Shown here: in pieces, positions 25,800 to 39,969 of the stretch
Layout: every line of letters begins with the position of its first letter
Numbering within the stretch: the stretch's first letter is position 1
Assembly: GCA_964016885.1 (NCBI GenBank)
Contig: OZ024742.1
Coordinates: 34,410,001 to 34,474,000, forward strand
Length of the DNA: 64,000 bases
Source of the DNA: Eledone cirrhosa
Lineage: Eukaryota
Direction of reading: 5' to 3'
Translations under genes and position numbers: made by a program
The notes under the pieces: generated by a model
The model's input: the letters and a program-made list of their open reading frames with translations, nothing else
Told to the model about the DNA's origin: nothing
The model's database searches: none

Positions 25800-27150
25800 G
25801 TAATCTGAGTTTTTCGAATCAGGCCATGTCTAACTTAATAGCACCACCTGGCGAAGTCTTACAAATCAGTGTTTGGGCACCATGGCCCACTCGAGCAGAG
25901 AGTTATTGTTTACGGAGGCATATCCGGGTGTAGGAGGCTTATCCGGCATTTCTTGAAGGAATTTATCCAAAGACTTCTTGAACTTGATGGGGTCTGTCTC
26001 TGCTTTGATGTGTTTTGGTGTAATGTTAAAGAGTGCAGGATCAATTGAGGTGAAATATTTGTGCCGTATTGTTGTTATGTGATGCGAGTGGGATTTTTGT
26101 CGTGGGCGGATAGCACGGAGCCCAAGCCTTGGGTGTACACTAAAGGTGATGCCAACATCATTTGGGCTAAGCTGATGGAATATTTTCCACATCATACAGA
26201 TAATGTAGTACTCACGGCGACGTTGAAGAGAATAAAGTTTGAGCTTTTCTAATCGACCCCAATAGTCAAGGCCTGTCATGCCAACTATCTTTTTTGTAAT
26301 TGACCTTTGGGTTGCTTCAACTTTCATGATACTTCGTTTCGTGTGGGGTGACCACAGTGGTCAATAGTATTCAAGGTGGGTGGGGCAAAAGTGGAGAAGA
26401 GAAGGACAACAGTGTAGATATCTCTCGACTGGAAAGCTTTGAGAATCCAGGAACACATTCTGCGGGCCATATACACTTTGCTGTTTATATGAGTGGCCCA
26501 GCTTATATTGTTGTTCACAATTACTCCCAGGTCTCTGATGTTATTGGAAGCCACTAGAGTTTCATCTGAAGGAAGAGAGTATGGTAGTTTCAGGGCATCC
26601 CTTTTTCCAAAGTGGATTAGTTCAAAGTTTTCCTCATTCAACAGCATATTATTCATTTCTGCCCATTGGATAACAGCCAGTAGATCTGACTGAAGGCAAG
26701 TCCGGTCACCCACCTCATTCATGACCATTTGGAGCTTGGAATCATCTGCGAAGATTCTGATGTTACTGTGTTTGATGATGTCAGTAATGTCATTAATGTA
26801 GATGATGAAAAGAAGTGGGCCCAACACAGTGCCTTGTGGGACGCCACTGCGGACTTTGGCAGGGCTTGATTTTATTCATTCGACTACAACATGCTGGGTT
26901 CTGCCTGTCAGGAAACATTTGATCCACTGTAGTAACCTTCCAGAGACACCAACATTGGATAGTTTTTTCAGTAGAATCTTATGATCAACCCTGTCGAAGG
27001 CCTTGCTGAAATCAAGGTAGATGACATCAGTGTTGGAGCCCTCTCCCAAGGCTCTCAACACATCGTCAAAGTGATGCAGGAGCTGCGTTAGGCAGTCCCT
27101 TCCATTACGGAACCCATGTTGGTTGGGGTTCAGCAGGCCGTTGCTTTCAA
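25800..27150 (-). mobile_element. 5'-truncated CR1-clade LINE (RT and C-terminus, frameshifted)
   Basis: NQHGFR, DVIYLDFSKAFDRVDH, SGVPQGTVLGPLLFIIYIND, FADDSKL, RLEKLKLYSLQRRRE, FKKSLDKFL. Confidence 0.9.
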
Positions 27151-27169
27151 ATACCTTGATAATATATAG

Positions 27170-28078
27170 CTAGCCAACTGCCCCATCAACGACACAGACC
27201 TATGCCACCAGGCTCACGTCGTATACAGATTAGAGTGCGACAAATGCAGCAACTTCTGCGTAGGTAGCACCACCAGACCACTTCACATAAGAATAAAAGA
27301 ACACCTCAATACTAACGCTTCCTCATTTAAGAAACACCTAGTGAAATGCAAAAACACCGACGAAACCATAACAGTTAGGATAGAAACTAAGGAAAGAAAC
27401 CTCGGCAATCTTAGAATTAAGGAAGCACTGATTATAGACAAAACACAACCACCAATCAATAATAGACTAGAACTCAACACCCAATTTATAACTTGATAGA
27501 GCACCTAGTCCCATACTTACACCCTCCTCTCTCACACACACGCACACGCACTCACACACACACGCGCACACACGCTTACACCTCCACTTATTCTCTCTCA
27601 CACACACACATACACCCACAGAGACCAGTTTTAACACGATAGAGCATCTATCCTCCACATTCACGTATAGACATATTTTCTCACACTCACACACACACAC
27701 ACATACTTACACCTTCACGTATTCTCCCACACACTTAAACATACATGTACAAAACCCCTTTTAAAGGGAGACTACTCTTTATCCATCTAACCTTCACTCT
27801 TTGACATTAGAGATAGAACAGACTCCCTATACCATTTCCTGTCAGCATGACTTGGCAAGCTATTTAGAACGCTGGTTTAACAATTTTACTTCCCTCCGAA
27901 GAAGAGATATTATCTCGGAAATTAAGGATATTTAAATAAATTTAAGGTAAAAGACTAATTGTCAACATTATCTTTTACATTTGCATTTATATTCTATATC
28001 CATAACTGCATTGTTTTGGCTTTACAAATACAAACGTTTATACCTCATTACACAATGCTTCAAGTAAACTATAACTTC

Positions 28079-28082
<4 letters not shown>
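27170..28082 (+). mobile_element. Second 5'-truncated copy of the Penelope/Poseidon-type PLE (GIY-YIG plus 3' repeat)
   Basis: Collinear with the reverse complement of 8951-9888; [24 protein letters not shown]. Confidence 0.88.
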
Positions 28083-28154
<72 letters not shown>

Positions 28155-28251
28155 CCTACCCCCCACTCTCCTGAGCATGAATTTAATAAACATTTATCGT
28201 ACTCTCTCTGTTCTGTCCCTGTTCAATTTTTCATTATATATATATATATAT

Positions 28252-28517
28252 ATTATTAGAAATGTAAGCTATCGCCGTATTTTGACTAAAGAAATTAAAG
28301 AAATTATTTAGCCTGTAAGTGGGGTTAAGAACCCTCGGAGAAATGGAAAGAGATGAGTATTGACGTCAATACTCATCTTTTTCCATTTCTCCGAGGGTTC
28401 TTAACCCCACTATCAGGCTAAATAATTTCTTTAATTTCTTTAGTCAAAATACGGCGATAGCTTACATTTCTAATAATTTCAAACCCACTCGTTGTTTCGA
28501 AAATATTCTTACTTGAT
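28252..28517. mobile_element. Fold-back element: about 113-bp arms centred on GACGTC with no loop, plus a 40-bp extension
   Basis: 28252-28364 pairs with 28365-28477. A non-folded relative lies at 2988-3140. TA flanks. Confidence 0.8.
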
Positions 28518-28619
28518 ATATATATATATTTAGTTTACAAATATCGAATTACAATTGTTTCTATATATATATTGTTATGCTTTGGGAGGGTTATGTTGCC
28601 AATAAGAAATTCAGAAACG

Positions 28620-28667
<48 letters not shown>

Positions 28668-29165
28668 CATTATTTTTTCTTTCACATTGCCTTATTATGC
28701 TCCACATTACGATCCTTTTGTTCTTTTTTCTTTTCACTTCATAAACCTTGTTTGTAAATAACATTATTCTTTCTGCACCATTTCTTTAACATGTCCTACA
28801 CCACCATTCTACACCAATACATATTATTATCATTTGATAATGCATAAAAATGCTGAAAGCGGTAATAGACAATTAGTAAATATATAAATAAAAAAATAAA
28901 CGCCATTGTTAATTAATAAGTAAACCAACTAATACTTAACACTTCACACAAATTAAAATATTTCGTTTTAATCATTTTCTAACCCAGAAAAAAAAGAGAG
29001 AAAAAATAAAAAGGGAAAAAAAAATATTTTTCGTCTTTATATATACAGATGAATATACTTTAGGGCGTTTGACCGGGCTGGTATCTGCTTAATGGTCGGC
29101 CGCCCTCATGTCTCTGATTTTCAGCACCATGATTTTGTCTATTATATTCCCTTGTTAAATTTCGA

Positions 29166-29223
29166 ATACCTGATGATGTCACCGGATTCATACTGAACCC
29201 GGTCATTGAAATGATCATAGTAT
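29166..29223 (+). ncRNA. Minimal type I hammerhead ribozyme
   Basis: ATAC-CTGATGA-tgtcACCGG..CCGGTca-tt-GAAA-TGATCA-TA-GTAT; GAGTGCT box downstream at about 29396. Confidence 0.7.
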
Positions 29224-29473
29224 AATAAACCCTTTAAGGAATTACACCAGTCCAGCCTCCTGTTATTTTATAATATATATAAATATTCGGTTTTCTTCGT
29301 CGCTATGGTCACTGCGGCCCGTCTATCGGTCGCTGTATTTGATTTGCAAAGTTGTCTAAACGTAATGTTATAACTCTAGGGTAATATTCCCTATTGAGTG
29401 CTTAGCTGCACACCGGAACTGCATTCGTTAGCTTGGCTGCAACCAAAAGCTTCGTTGATGCTGTGCTAAAATT

Positions 29474-29516
<43 letters not shown>

Positions 29517-29745
29517 CCTGGGTGTGACATTAAACTACATCCAGTGGCAAGGCTCCAATTCGGGAGTTCAGGAGCTGTGGGGAATGTGGAGTTACCCCCT
29601 CAGTTGTCATAACTCCCAGGTCTGCTCTGGCCCGGAGTAGCAGTACCTGTTAGGGTCCCATTTATGGGTTAAATAACTACCTTATTCGAGTGGCGCCGGT
29701 AAGGTATTGTCAGCCATTGAAAAGAAAAGAAAAGAATATATATAT

Positions 29746-30056
29746 ATTTCGTTTCTGAATTTGTTTAGCAAGATTCGTTATCTGACAACGTGTGTTGAAA
29801 CCGCTATTGTTATGCTTTGGAGGGGTCATGTTGCCTATAAGAAACACACGCACCAGTTGCTTTCACTTCAATTTATTATAAATAAAATTTATAAATTTAG
29901 GAATTTATAAATTTCCGGTTCGTTGGTTCCACAACCAGACGATTGTTCATATATTGTCAAAGTTCTTTCGTCACACATTCTGTGACCTCCTCAGTGACTG
30001 CAACTGGTGCGTGTGTTTCTTATTGGCAACATGACCCTCCCAAAGCATAACAATAT
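29746..30056. mobile_element. Fold-back element, long minus arm and short plus arm
   Basis: 29804-29860 pairs with about 30000-30055. Family also at 28570-28622, 45499-45860 and 60932-61089. Confidence 0.75.
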
Positions 30057-31084
30057 TTATATATATATATATATATATATATTTAAGGATTTAGTTTACA
30101 AATATCTGTGGAATACTCAGACATATGTACTACAACTAGATCACTAGCTATTTCCGGCTATCGTACAATTGCCTTGGTGATCGTCGTAACCGACGGAATG
30201 TCTATTTAGTTAATTGGTATCCTATGTGAATGAAACCTCTTTAGAACGTGATCAACTTATGAAACACGTTGTGTGAATGTGATAGTGTCTGTGTATGTAT
30301 GTGTGAATATGTGCAATATCTCTAACAATATGTATTAATGTACGTACGCAGGGATGTATGTATCCGTATATCGGTGCATGTATATGCATATGTATGTATA
30401 TATATGTGTGTGTGTGTATGTGTGTGTGGGGGGGGGGGGGTACTCGTCAGCGTATGTGAATGTGTGTGTGTATGTATGTGTGTGTGTGTGGGGGGTACTC
30501 GTTCGTGTGTGTGAATGTGTGTGTGTCTGTATGTGTGTGTGTATGTGTGTATGTGTATGTGTGGGGTTTGGTGTTCGTCTGTGTGTGTATGTGTGTGGGG
30601 CGGTGCATGTCAGTGTATGTGAATGTGCGTGTGTCTGTGTGTGTGTGTGGTGCAGTGTTCGTCAGTGTATGTGAATGTGTATGTGTATGTGTGTATGTGT
30701 GTGTCTATGTGTGTGTGAGGGGGCGGTGCTCGTTAGTGTATGTGAGTGTGCGTGTATGTGGTGCGTTTCTTCGTGACTGTGTATAGTAATGTTTATATTA
30801 AAAATGTGGAAAGCTCTAAAGAAATAAATCAAATGTCTGGTTAGTTTTTCCTTGTCTGTTACTCACCCTCCCTCCTCTCACCAATATTGTTGATGGATTA
30901 CTTTTTCCTTATCTCTTTGCTCTTTGTTGACTATTCTATATTTCTTTGTTTCAGTAGATATTTCTTTTCATAGAGAACTTTACAAAAGAATTGATTGTAT
31001 TACAGACGTCTGTGTAATGATGTTGTGATAGCCCTAACAGTGGGGTGTTTGCTAGTATTGTTGTGGATGATACTGATTATGTGA

Positions 31085-31770
31085 AGGTATGTGGCTTCGT
31101 GATTATAATGTTGTGTTTACATTTGTAAGGTGGTTAGTGGAGCTCGCTCTGTCCTTGAGCAAGACACTTTATCCCACGTTGATCCAATACACTCAGCTGG
31201 AAATATGAAATGAGATGTCACTGAGGCCAATATGTACCAACTTTTCCTTTTACATTGGATAACATCGGTGGCGAGGAGAGGTGGGATTGGCATGCTTTGG
31301 TGGCTGCTGGTTTCCATAAAATAACTTGCTCAAGCTTATGGCTTAGAGAAGAACATTCCAGTTACATGATCAAAGGGAGCCTCTATTTAATAATAGTGTT
31401 GTTCATGCCGTGGTTTTGAACATCAAGTTAAATCCTACAACATTATTTTATTGGGGGTTTAGCAGTATCGGTAAAAGGTCGGACTTTCATCCTTACGGGG
31501 TCGATAAAATAAAGTACCAGTAATGTACTGGGATAATTGCTGGCCTTGTGCCAAAAGTAGAAACAATTATATTATGATAAAGCAGGTGTGGATTGGCAGT
31601 ATAGGTAGAGTATCGGACACCGTGCTTCGCGACTTATATTTACTTCACTTATCTGAGTTCAAATCCCGCCGAGGTTAGCTTTGCCTTTCATCCTTACGGG
31701 GTCGATAAAATAAAGTACCAGTAATGTACCAGGATTCTTGCTGGCCTTGTGCCAAAAGTAGAAATAATTA
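31085..31770 (+). mobile_element. SINE cluster: CORE-like SINE (about 31085-31390) and two copies of the abundant tRNA SINE (31455-31570, 31585-31770)
   Basis: gtccttgagcaagacactt core (also at about 36500 and 47572); B-box and ggggtcgataaaataaagtaccag core. Confidence 0.75.
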
Positions 31771-32657
31771 TTTTGTTGTATTCTATAACGTGTCTGATTT
31801 AAAATCCAACTGGGATTGGGAGAAGTGGCTTCATTCTTTTATTCCTCCACGGTAGATAGAATAAGTCTAAACTTTTTGCTGTGGTGATTAAAACCTCCAG
31901 CAAAATTGTAATTCTGTATATGTCGTTACTTCGCTAAAATCACAATACATAACGTGCTGTCAAACATTTGGACCAGCGTAGTTTTGTTGTGATGGGAGAA
32001 GAACATGAGAAGGTAAAATGTTTTACTCTCTGAGATATTCCTGGTAACTCGGCAAGATATTAGCATGTTAGTCAGACCAGAAAACTGGAGGATTCATAGT
32101 GGTTGAAGATCAGGCATGAGGTCTATCGACAACTAAGGACTAAGGGAGAAATTCTAACAAGCAAATTCGAAGGATCTTTTTTACAGAATGGGACGAGAAT
32201 GAAGGAAGAAGTAAAAGAACGAAGGAAGTAAATTATTCTCAGACCGCAAAACCTGGACCTAATGCTCAGTGTCGGATTTAGGATAAATGATGCTCTGTGC
32301 TTGTTAAGTTATGAGGCCCCTTACTTGGGCTCTGAAGAAGGTAACAAGTTTTTTTAGCACAAATGTTTCGCCACACCTGGCCAAAGGGCCCTGTGCTAAA
32401 GCGCACCTAAAAACAATGGTAAATCCCGCACTGCAAACGTTTGAAAGAGAGGGTAGTCTGCTAAAGAGGATCCAAGAAGAAAGTGGTATTTGTAAGACGG
32501 GATTGGTACGGTGAGAAACGGTTTTGATCGTGTTTCTGCTACTGTCCTATGAATGTTGAAATACTGCTAAATATACAATTAACAATAGCGTAAATTATCT
32601 CTAATTAATGAGTTGCAACATAGCAACAGCTCCCCACCTACAATCTCTTGAGAAGTC

Positions 32658-32658
32658 A

Positions 32659-32706
<48 letters not shown>

Positions 32707-33030
32707 AGACATGCGAATACCATCACTATAATTTCTACTCATGCACCATTACTAATACTACGATTACTACCATCACCACCACTACTACTAATACCCGCAA
32801 CCAACAACAACAGCACTACTACACCACCACCACCACCACGGCAACCGCCACAACAGCTCCACTACCACCACCACCACTACCATCACCACCTCCATCACCG
32901 TCACCACCTACACCAACATCATCATCAACGACCGCCACTACACCTCCACCGTCGCCACCACAGCCACCAGCACCAGCACCGTCACCACTACCACCACTAC
33001 CCCCTCCCCCTACCACCACCACCACCAATA
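32658..33030. repeat. (TAC)n and imperfect (CAC)n low-complexity tract
   Basis: Read directly from the sequence. Confidence 0.9.
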
Positions 33031-33503
33031 CTACTAATATTTACACACACTATATCCTTATCTTCAGCTGTCTTATGTCATTTATTGGAGCGGTTGGCTT
33101 CCATTGATTCAATGTATTTTACTTTTGTCTTTTCCTGATTCCGATGATTAAACCGACAACACAGAAACTGATTAATTACGATAGATAAGAACTCATTAGC
33201 TATTGCATAAACACATCCTTTATTATCTCTGTTTCACCTAGTGTTGCTCGCTCTCTCTCTCTCTCTCCCTCTCGTACCTCTTCTCTCGTACCCCCCTCTC
33301 TCTCTCTCGTACCCTCTGTCTCTCTCGTAATCTCTCTCTCCCCTTTTTCTCGCATTCTCTTGTAATGAAGTGCATCCTCTCTCATAATACGCTCTCTCTC
33401 TCCCCCTCTCTCTCTGTATATATCCAGATGGCTTCCAAAAATAATGGTTGCATTTTAAAAGGGTACGTCAAAGCTTATTTGTAAAACTGTTATATATTGT
33501 ATG

Positions 33504-33560
33504 TTATCTGATGAAGGCATACCATAATTTAATTTGGTATCCCCGAAATATGTATAATGA
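33504..33560 (+). ncRNA. Minimal type I hammerhead in a PLE terminal repeat (about 33480-33697)
   Basis: TTAT-CTGATGA-aGGcATACCA..TGGTATccCC-GAAA-TATGTA-TA-ATGA; GAGTGCT box about 33628; ends in (TA)n. Confidence 0.75.
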
Positions 33561-33692
33561 AATAAATATGGTTTTATAAATATAGTTTCCATTTATTAAT
33601 ATCGTATATCTACTCCAAATACTTGTCGAGTGCTTTATATCAGTTATAAAAATATTTACTTGTTGTATCCCAACAATTTTAAATAGAACTTT

Positions 33693-33750
<58 letters not shown>

Positions 33751-33879
33751 TTTGTCTGTCTTCCCGTGCCATTGTCAATATTCGTTATTCGTTTTCCTAT
33801 TCCTTGGTGCAGCTCTTGTACTCTTCATTCCCCTCATTCTTATTATATCATTTTTTAAAGATGGATTATAGGCAAAGCA

Positions 33880-35750
33880 ACGAACAGTAATCTGTTAAAG
33901 CATTTAGATAGCTCCCTTTATATTCCTAGTTCAAATCTGGTTGAAGTTGAGAAGTCCTTTATTTTATTTTAAATTTTATTATATGGCTTATTCAAAGGAG
34001 GAAAATATCGGCAAACGAAACTGTAGGGATGGTCGTCGGGTGGATTGTAACTGTAATCCAAAGTCTTGTCTTACTGTGATATGTTAATTATCACTGGTGG
34101 TAGTGATCGATCAGTCCTATGATCAAAGATGTTCTAGCTATGACCATCACTTCATATTCCTTACACAATATATCAATATATCCATTTTGAGGGAGATTTA
34201 GCTGCTAAAATATTGCCGAAGTTAACTTTGCCTTTCATTCTTAAGGGGTCCATAAAATAAAGTACCAGCAATGCACTGGAGTCGATTTAGTCGACTTTCT
34301 CATTCCCCCAAAATTGTTGGCCTTGTGCCTAAATCAGAAACCAATATTTCCTGCAAGTCCATGTAGCAATTACCAGAATGAGTTGACAGAGTGCCAAACG
34401 GCCATGCAGTATTTGTTCAAATTCTTTACATTCTGAGTTCAAATTCTGCCGAAGTTAAATTTGCCCTTCATCCGTCCAAATGTCAATAAGTTAAACTCGC
34501 AATCATGTACAGGTGCTAATATACCCCACTCTTTCACCCTCTGCAGTTCTAAATTACTGGCCTAGTATCTATATTAGAAATTATTATTCCTAACAGGTCC
34601 TTAATTTGGCAGAATTGTTAAAGCGCTGAGCGATTGCTTCGTGGTATTTGTCCCGGCTCGTTATGGTCTGAGTTCAGTGAGGCCAACTTTGCTTCTCATC
34701 AGTCGAATGATGAGTCGATTTATGTCTTAACACCCTATAAACATTTAGCAGAAAAAATATGAATACATGTTTGTAATTTAAATATGTGTAGTGTCTTTAC
34801 TAATAGATTTATGAAAATTTGTAGACTGTGACTTTTCAAAAATGCCATCATAATGTTTTGTTATGTTTTCAAGAATATTTTCCTGGTGTGATTTCATGCG
34901 TTAAAGGACATTAAGACTTAATCAACTCCCCCCCCTCCACCCCCCACCAAATTTCTGGCCCTCTGTCTCAATTAGAAACAATTATTTCCAGCAGGTCGAG
35001 CGATCACGTGAAGTTCCCTTTATTGTTCAGAAATCAAGTATTCAAGAACCACCTCCAATGATTCCATCTCCTTCTCTAAGTTATGGGAAACAACAAAGCA
35101 GTGAAACAATGAATCTATTTGAAACAATTACACGTTACATTACCGTTCTCTGTTGGAATCCAATAAACAGGAAACTAATTGAATAAACAACTTTTGAACA
35201 ATTAAGATCTAGAAAGATCTTGTCTAATTAAATAGTTGTTACATAAATATTTGTTAGTCGCTATAATGACATTTACCAATTAGATGTTTTAGCAACGTAA
35301 TTGTATAGCTCCTAACCCAATCAATATTCACTAAACAATGGAGCTTTTAACAGTTAGGTAAGTATTTAGTGTTTTTAAGGCAATAAATGGCAGAATCATT
35401 AGAGTATAAAATGTTGCTTTGCGGGATTTAGTCAGATACTATATTGTAAGGTATGGTATAGTGCCGTAACTCCTGATAGAGTCATAGGGACGCCGTATTG
35501 ACATAAGGCATTTCTTGGGCATCTTAAGCCTGGCGGAGCCCATCCCTCTCCGGACCTGAGTACAACAAATTTCTTCCAGAGAGAGGAAGAATCGACCCCA
35601 GTACCAGACTGGTATTTGTTGTAACGACCTCGAAAGGATGAAAGGCAAAGTTGCCCTAGGCGAGATTTGAACTCACAGAGTCGTCAGCCGAAACGAATTC
35701 CGCAAAGCATTCTATTCGACGTTCTAACAACTCTGCCAGTTCGCCACCTT
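33880..35750. mobile_element. Run of diverged tRNA-SINE copies, including a minus-strand copy with an alternative 3' tail (35460-35750)
   Basis: Recurring gagttcaaat..gccgaagttaactttgcctttcat core. Confidence 0.65.
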
Positions 35751-36127
35751 AATCTAATATTGTACGCGGTACAAATAATGCCACAGCGGCCAACATTGTC
35801 TTTTATCATGTCGGAGTTCATAAAAGATCTCCTAAAAATGCCTATATGCCTATAGTGCCAGCTTGACTGGTTAGGATTAATTAGCAGTAATAGAAATGTA
35901 GCGTGATTCATTATTGACAAGAATATGGAAGCATATGCGATATGTACGAGTATATATCATAAATATGTGTACGTATTCATTTCCCCTACAGTAATGACCA
36001 TGACATGACGTAATTGAAGTTGACTAGACTAAGAGTAACAAGACTCACCCCTTAAACATAATAAAAATAGTTAAACTCTACTCCAGTATTGAGTAAACTT
36101 TCTCACGTCGTCAATATCACAGATATA

Positions 36128-36211
<84 letters not shown>

Positions 36212-36330
36212 TATAAGTATTAATAAAATAGATGTTCTTTTGATCAATTACATTTTATTATACATATTTCGGATGTACAACAGTACGTCCTCAACTCATT
36301 CTTTGACAATCATTGAATATTGTTTAACAA

Positions 36331-36424
<94 letters not shown>

Positions 36425-37764
36425 AGAGAGTGTGTGTGTGTGTTAAGCTCTTAGTTGTTGTAAGTCGTGCGTTCGATTCCCGAACACGGCGGCGTGTTGT
36501 GTCTTTGAGTAAGAAACTTTATATTGCGTTGCCCCTGTCTTCTCAGCTGAAAAAAATACTTTTATCTGTAATTCAAATGTCCAACTTCGTTACACACCGT
36601 GTCCCGCTGAATCTCTCTGAGAACTGCATTAAGAGTACACATGTCTCTCGAATGCTTAGCCACTTGTACTCTAATTTCACGGGAAGCTTAATTCGTCGAC
36701 AAAATAACTGGAAAATTTGTCTTTGGAACATACAGAGGTCCGAAACACAAATATATTACTTATTAAATGTGATTCTTGTTGTAGCTAAATATTTAGCTTT
36801 TTTTATAATCATTTTATTCATTGGATGAGAACTAGATCAAGTTACGAAAAGAAATAATGAAGAAAAAGAGCAATCATTAGAAAATGAAACCATTCTGCTG
36901 TCATTTAATATCAGCAGAATTTGCAGAGATTTGCTGCGGAAGTTAACAAATGTTGAGTTTTGTACGCATAAAGAAACTCGACCAATATTTGCATGCTAAC
37001 GAGTTTATACAATTTTTAATCCGTTATATTGCACAGAACTGTGTCTAATTCAAGATTGAATTAAAAGCAGTTGTGTATTTAAATGAAAAACAAAATGAAA
37101 AAGGAAATATGGAAACATAATTATGTACCAACACAAGATTACTGTTTGTATGTAGGATTAATATGAATGAACATATTGGTATTAAGTATTTGCGTTGATG
37201 ATTTTGCAGGGGAATGGATGTAGATTAGTTGATATATAGGCGTCGAATTTGTGAAGTTTTTAGAGCGTTAGTATTTGCTCAGGTTTTTTGCAATTTGAGT
37301 TCTAATTACACCGAAGTCAACTTTACATTTCATGGTTTATGTGTCGATAAGATCAATAAATAATTCAGGGACTGTGGATTGGCGGAATTGTTTGAACATC
37401 GGACAGAAAATGTTTTCCAGTATATGTCACTGCTTCGTGTATTCTACGTCCATATCATTGCTGTTGTTACGAGGTTCCGACCTGAAGATAGTAGCATCAA
37501 TTGAAAACCCAATAGATATATAATTTCCTTGGTCGGATCTGACGAGTGTTTTTTTCACTTCTTAGTTTAGATTCAGTAGGTAATTAATGAACGATGTTTT
37601 TCCACTTTTATATCTACAGTGTGTGTCTAATATATAGTTTCTGAATGACTTCCGTGGAAAGTGTCACACACACACGCACACACTCTCTCCCCTCTATATT
37701 TGGAGCAAAATCTCTTGTTTCCCTTTATGAATATTGGGATTATGACTCCCGGCTGCTATTGCTT

Positions 37765-38880
37765 CTCTTTCGTGAGATTCAGGCCACCAAGCACACATGA
37801 ATCAGTCGGAGAATACCTTCTCTATTTACCGCTTTTGACATCTCAGGCCGAATTTCATCCTTAGAGTCTCTGCCATGTTTGAGCTCTTTAGTTGCTCTTG
37901 TGATATAAGTCTCTGAGAGGTAAGTCATCGCTTGCAGAAACACCTCATGTATATCAGAAAATGGTGTTTTGATTGGGTTTAGGAGATGAGCAAAGTATTC
38001 TTTCCACTTTGCGCGGATACACATTTCTGAAGAGATATTCACAAGCCTCCAGCTATCTAAATGTGTTGTGAGATGCATCTCATTGGGAAGGAGGATTTGC
38101 ATCTTGAAACTTTGGTTGAAAGATCTGAGTGGTGAAAGTTTTTACGCCAAATAGATAGTCTGACTGCAGATCCTTCCTTGATGAAGTCACTACAGTGTTA
38201 GATGTACCAAAGGCTGGGTTATAAATCCTAATGGGAGACATCAATGTACAAGTTGCAACTCACTATCAGACATAGAGATGAATGATTGGAAAGAACAGCC
38301 GTACCGATCGGCATAATAATGGGGGAGCCTTTATTAGACTTCTGTTCTAATAGTGGACTCTCTTTTATGAACACCTTGCAGCACTAAGACATCCATAAAT
38401 ACACATGGTATAAGGGGAATCAGCGATAGAGATTTCTAATTGATTTTGTTATTGACTGTGATCTCTTCGATTCTGTGTTAGATATCCGTGTTAATAGAGG
38501 GGCTGAGCTGTCAACTGATCACTATCTATCTGAGGCCTGAGACTTTCTGGAGCCAAGAAAACCTACAAAACTGGCAGATCCATCTACACGATAAAATGGG
38601 GAGTGCTGGTGGGTAAGGAAGTCAGAAGTAGATATGCGGATACTATAGCATCCAAATTCGAAGGACTCCCCGAGCAAATTGAAGTCATTGAAATGGAGTG
38701 GAGACTGTTTATCTCGCCTTGGTGTAGTGTCATGTGGTAAGAGAACCCCTTCGTTTAACCTGTCAGTCAAAGATGCTATAAAGAGGGAGGCTTATAAATT
38801 TTGGCTAGAAAATAAGTCTTCCTTCCTGCACTTGCGGTACAAGCAAGCGTTAAAACTAGCAGCAGCGGCATAAAAGGTGT
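37765..38880. mobile_element. Degenerate RTE-clade LINE with an internal inversion: APE on plus (38170-38880), EN-RT linker on minus (37765-38105)
   Basis: Plus: LMGDINVQV, LLDFCSNSGLSFMNT, IHKYTWY, LIDFVI, RGAELSTDHYL. Minus: KWKEYFAHLLNP, DEIRPEMSKA. Confidence 0.75.
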
Positions 38881-39729
38881 ATAGTTGCTTGATATGTGCA
38901 TATATCAAGTTCTGTGTAGAATAATGGCCTACCTCGTGTTAATTATATATATGCTCTAGGCAAGATTTAATAACTTTAGTTGATTTATCTAAATATTCCT
39001 GAATAAACTAATTATATTACCTAGTTGTAGTTAAGCATTGGAACATATTCTTCTAATTTAGCACACACATTTGATTTATTTTAGCATATAATACACTAGC
39101 AAACTGTGCGTCTTGTGGGGCAGTTTTCACCAAAGAATGCCTATCTTTCATTTTTTTTTATTTCATGTTAGACCATGTCTCACCAGCCCCTGCCTCATCT
39201 CCCGTTACTTATTCCCTGTGGCCAATCCCCATGAATCATCAATCGTCTCCAAGGTGGTTTCTATGGAAGTTTACTCAGTGAAGCTGTATGTTGAAGTGAC
39301 TTCAGTGGCTTGTACTTTAACGTGAGCGTCTTCACGTAAACATCAGGTAACCTCCATAAGGACAACTCTCTGCTTCATGGTTAAAACAATGACGCCCTGC
39401 TGACGGCATGGATGGACGGAATAATAAGGTAACGTTGAAGGACTGGTTTTTTTTCGGTTTACATGTCACACACACGCACACACATATATATGTATGTAAA
39501 AATTAGACAAACATGTATATTGCATTTATTTTCAGTCACTAGATTGCGATCTTGCGGGGACACGCGTTTGGGGGGATTTAATTGATCATAACCACCACAG
39601 TACTATTTATTTCTTGTCTGGTACAAATTTTACATAACTATTTTTATAGAACTACTGTTTGGCGAATTAAACCAAGATAAAATTTAAACACGAGCATCCA
39701 TTCACACATACACACACACGTGCATATAA

Positions 39730-39830
<101 letters not shown>

Positions 39831-39969
39831 TATGGCTGCATTGAGAACGGAAGTATATATGAGCTGACTGGATACTGCGTGGCAGATGACTGTAGTTTGC
39901 TGATAAGGGAGACAGTCCTTTGGACTAAGTGCTCTTCCTTCAACGGATATAACATACATATATATATAT

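Noticed and set aside
31980-32540. Possible ancient LINE or coding fragment (also 41730-42120)
   Set aside because: Only vague similarity, with no motif I can support.
35330-35364. ATG..AG/GTAAGT micro-exon
   Set aside because: A perfect donor, but no supporting acceptor, frame or downstream exon could be found.
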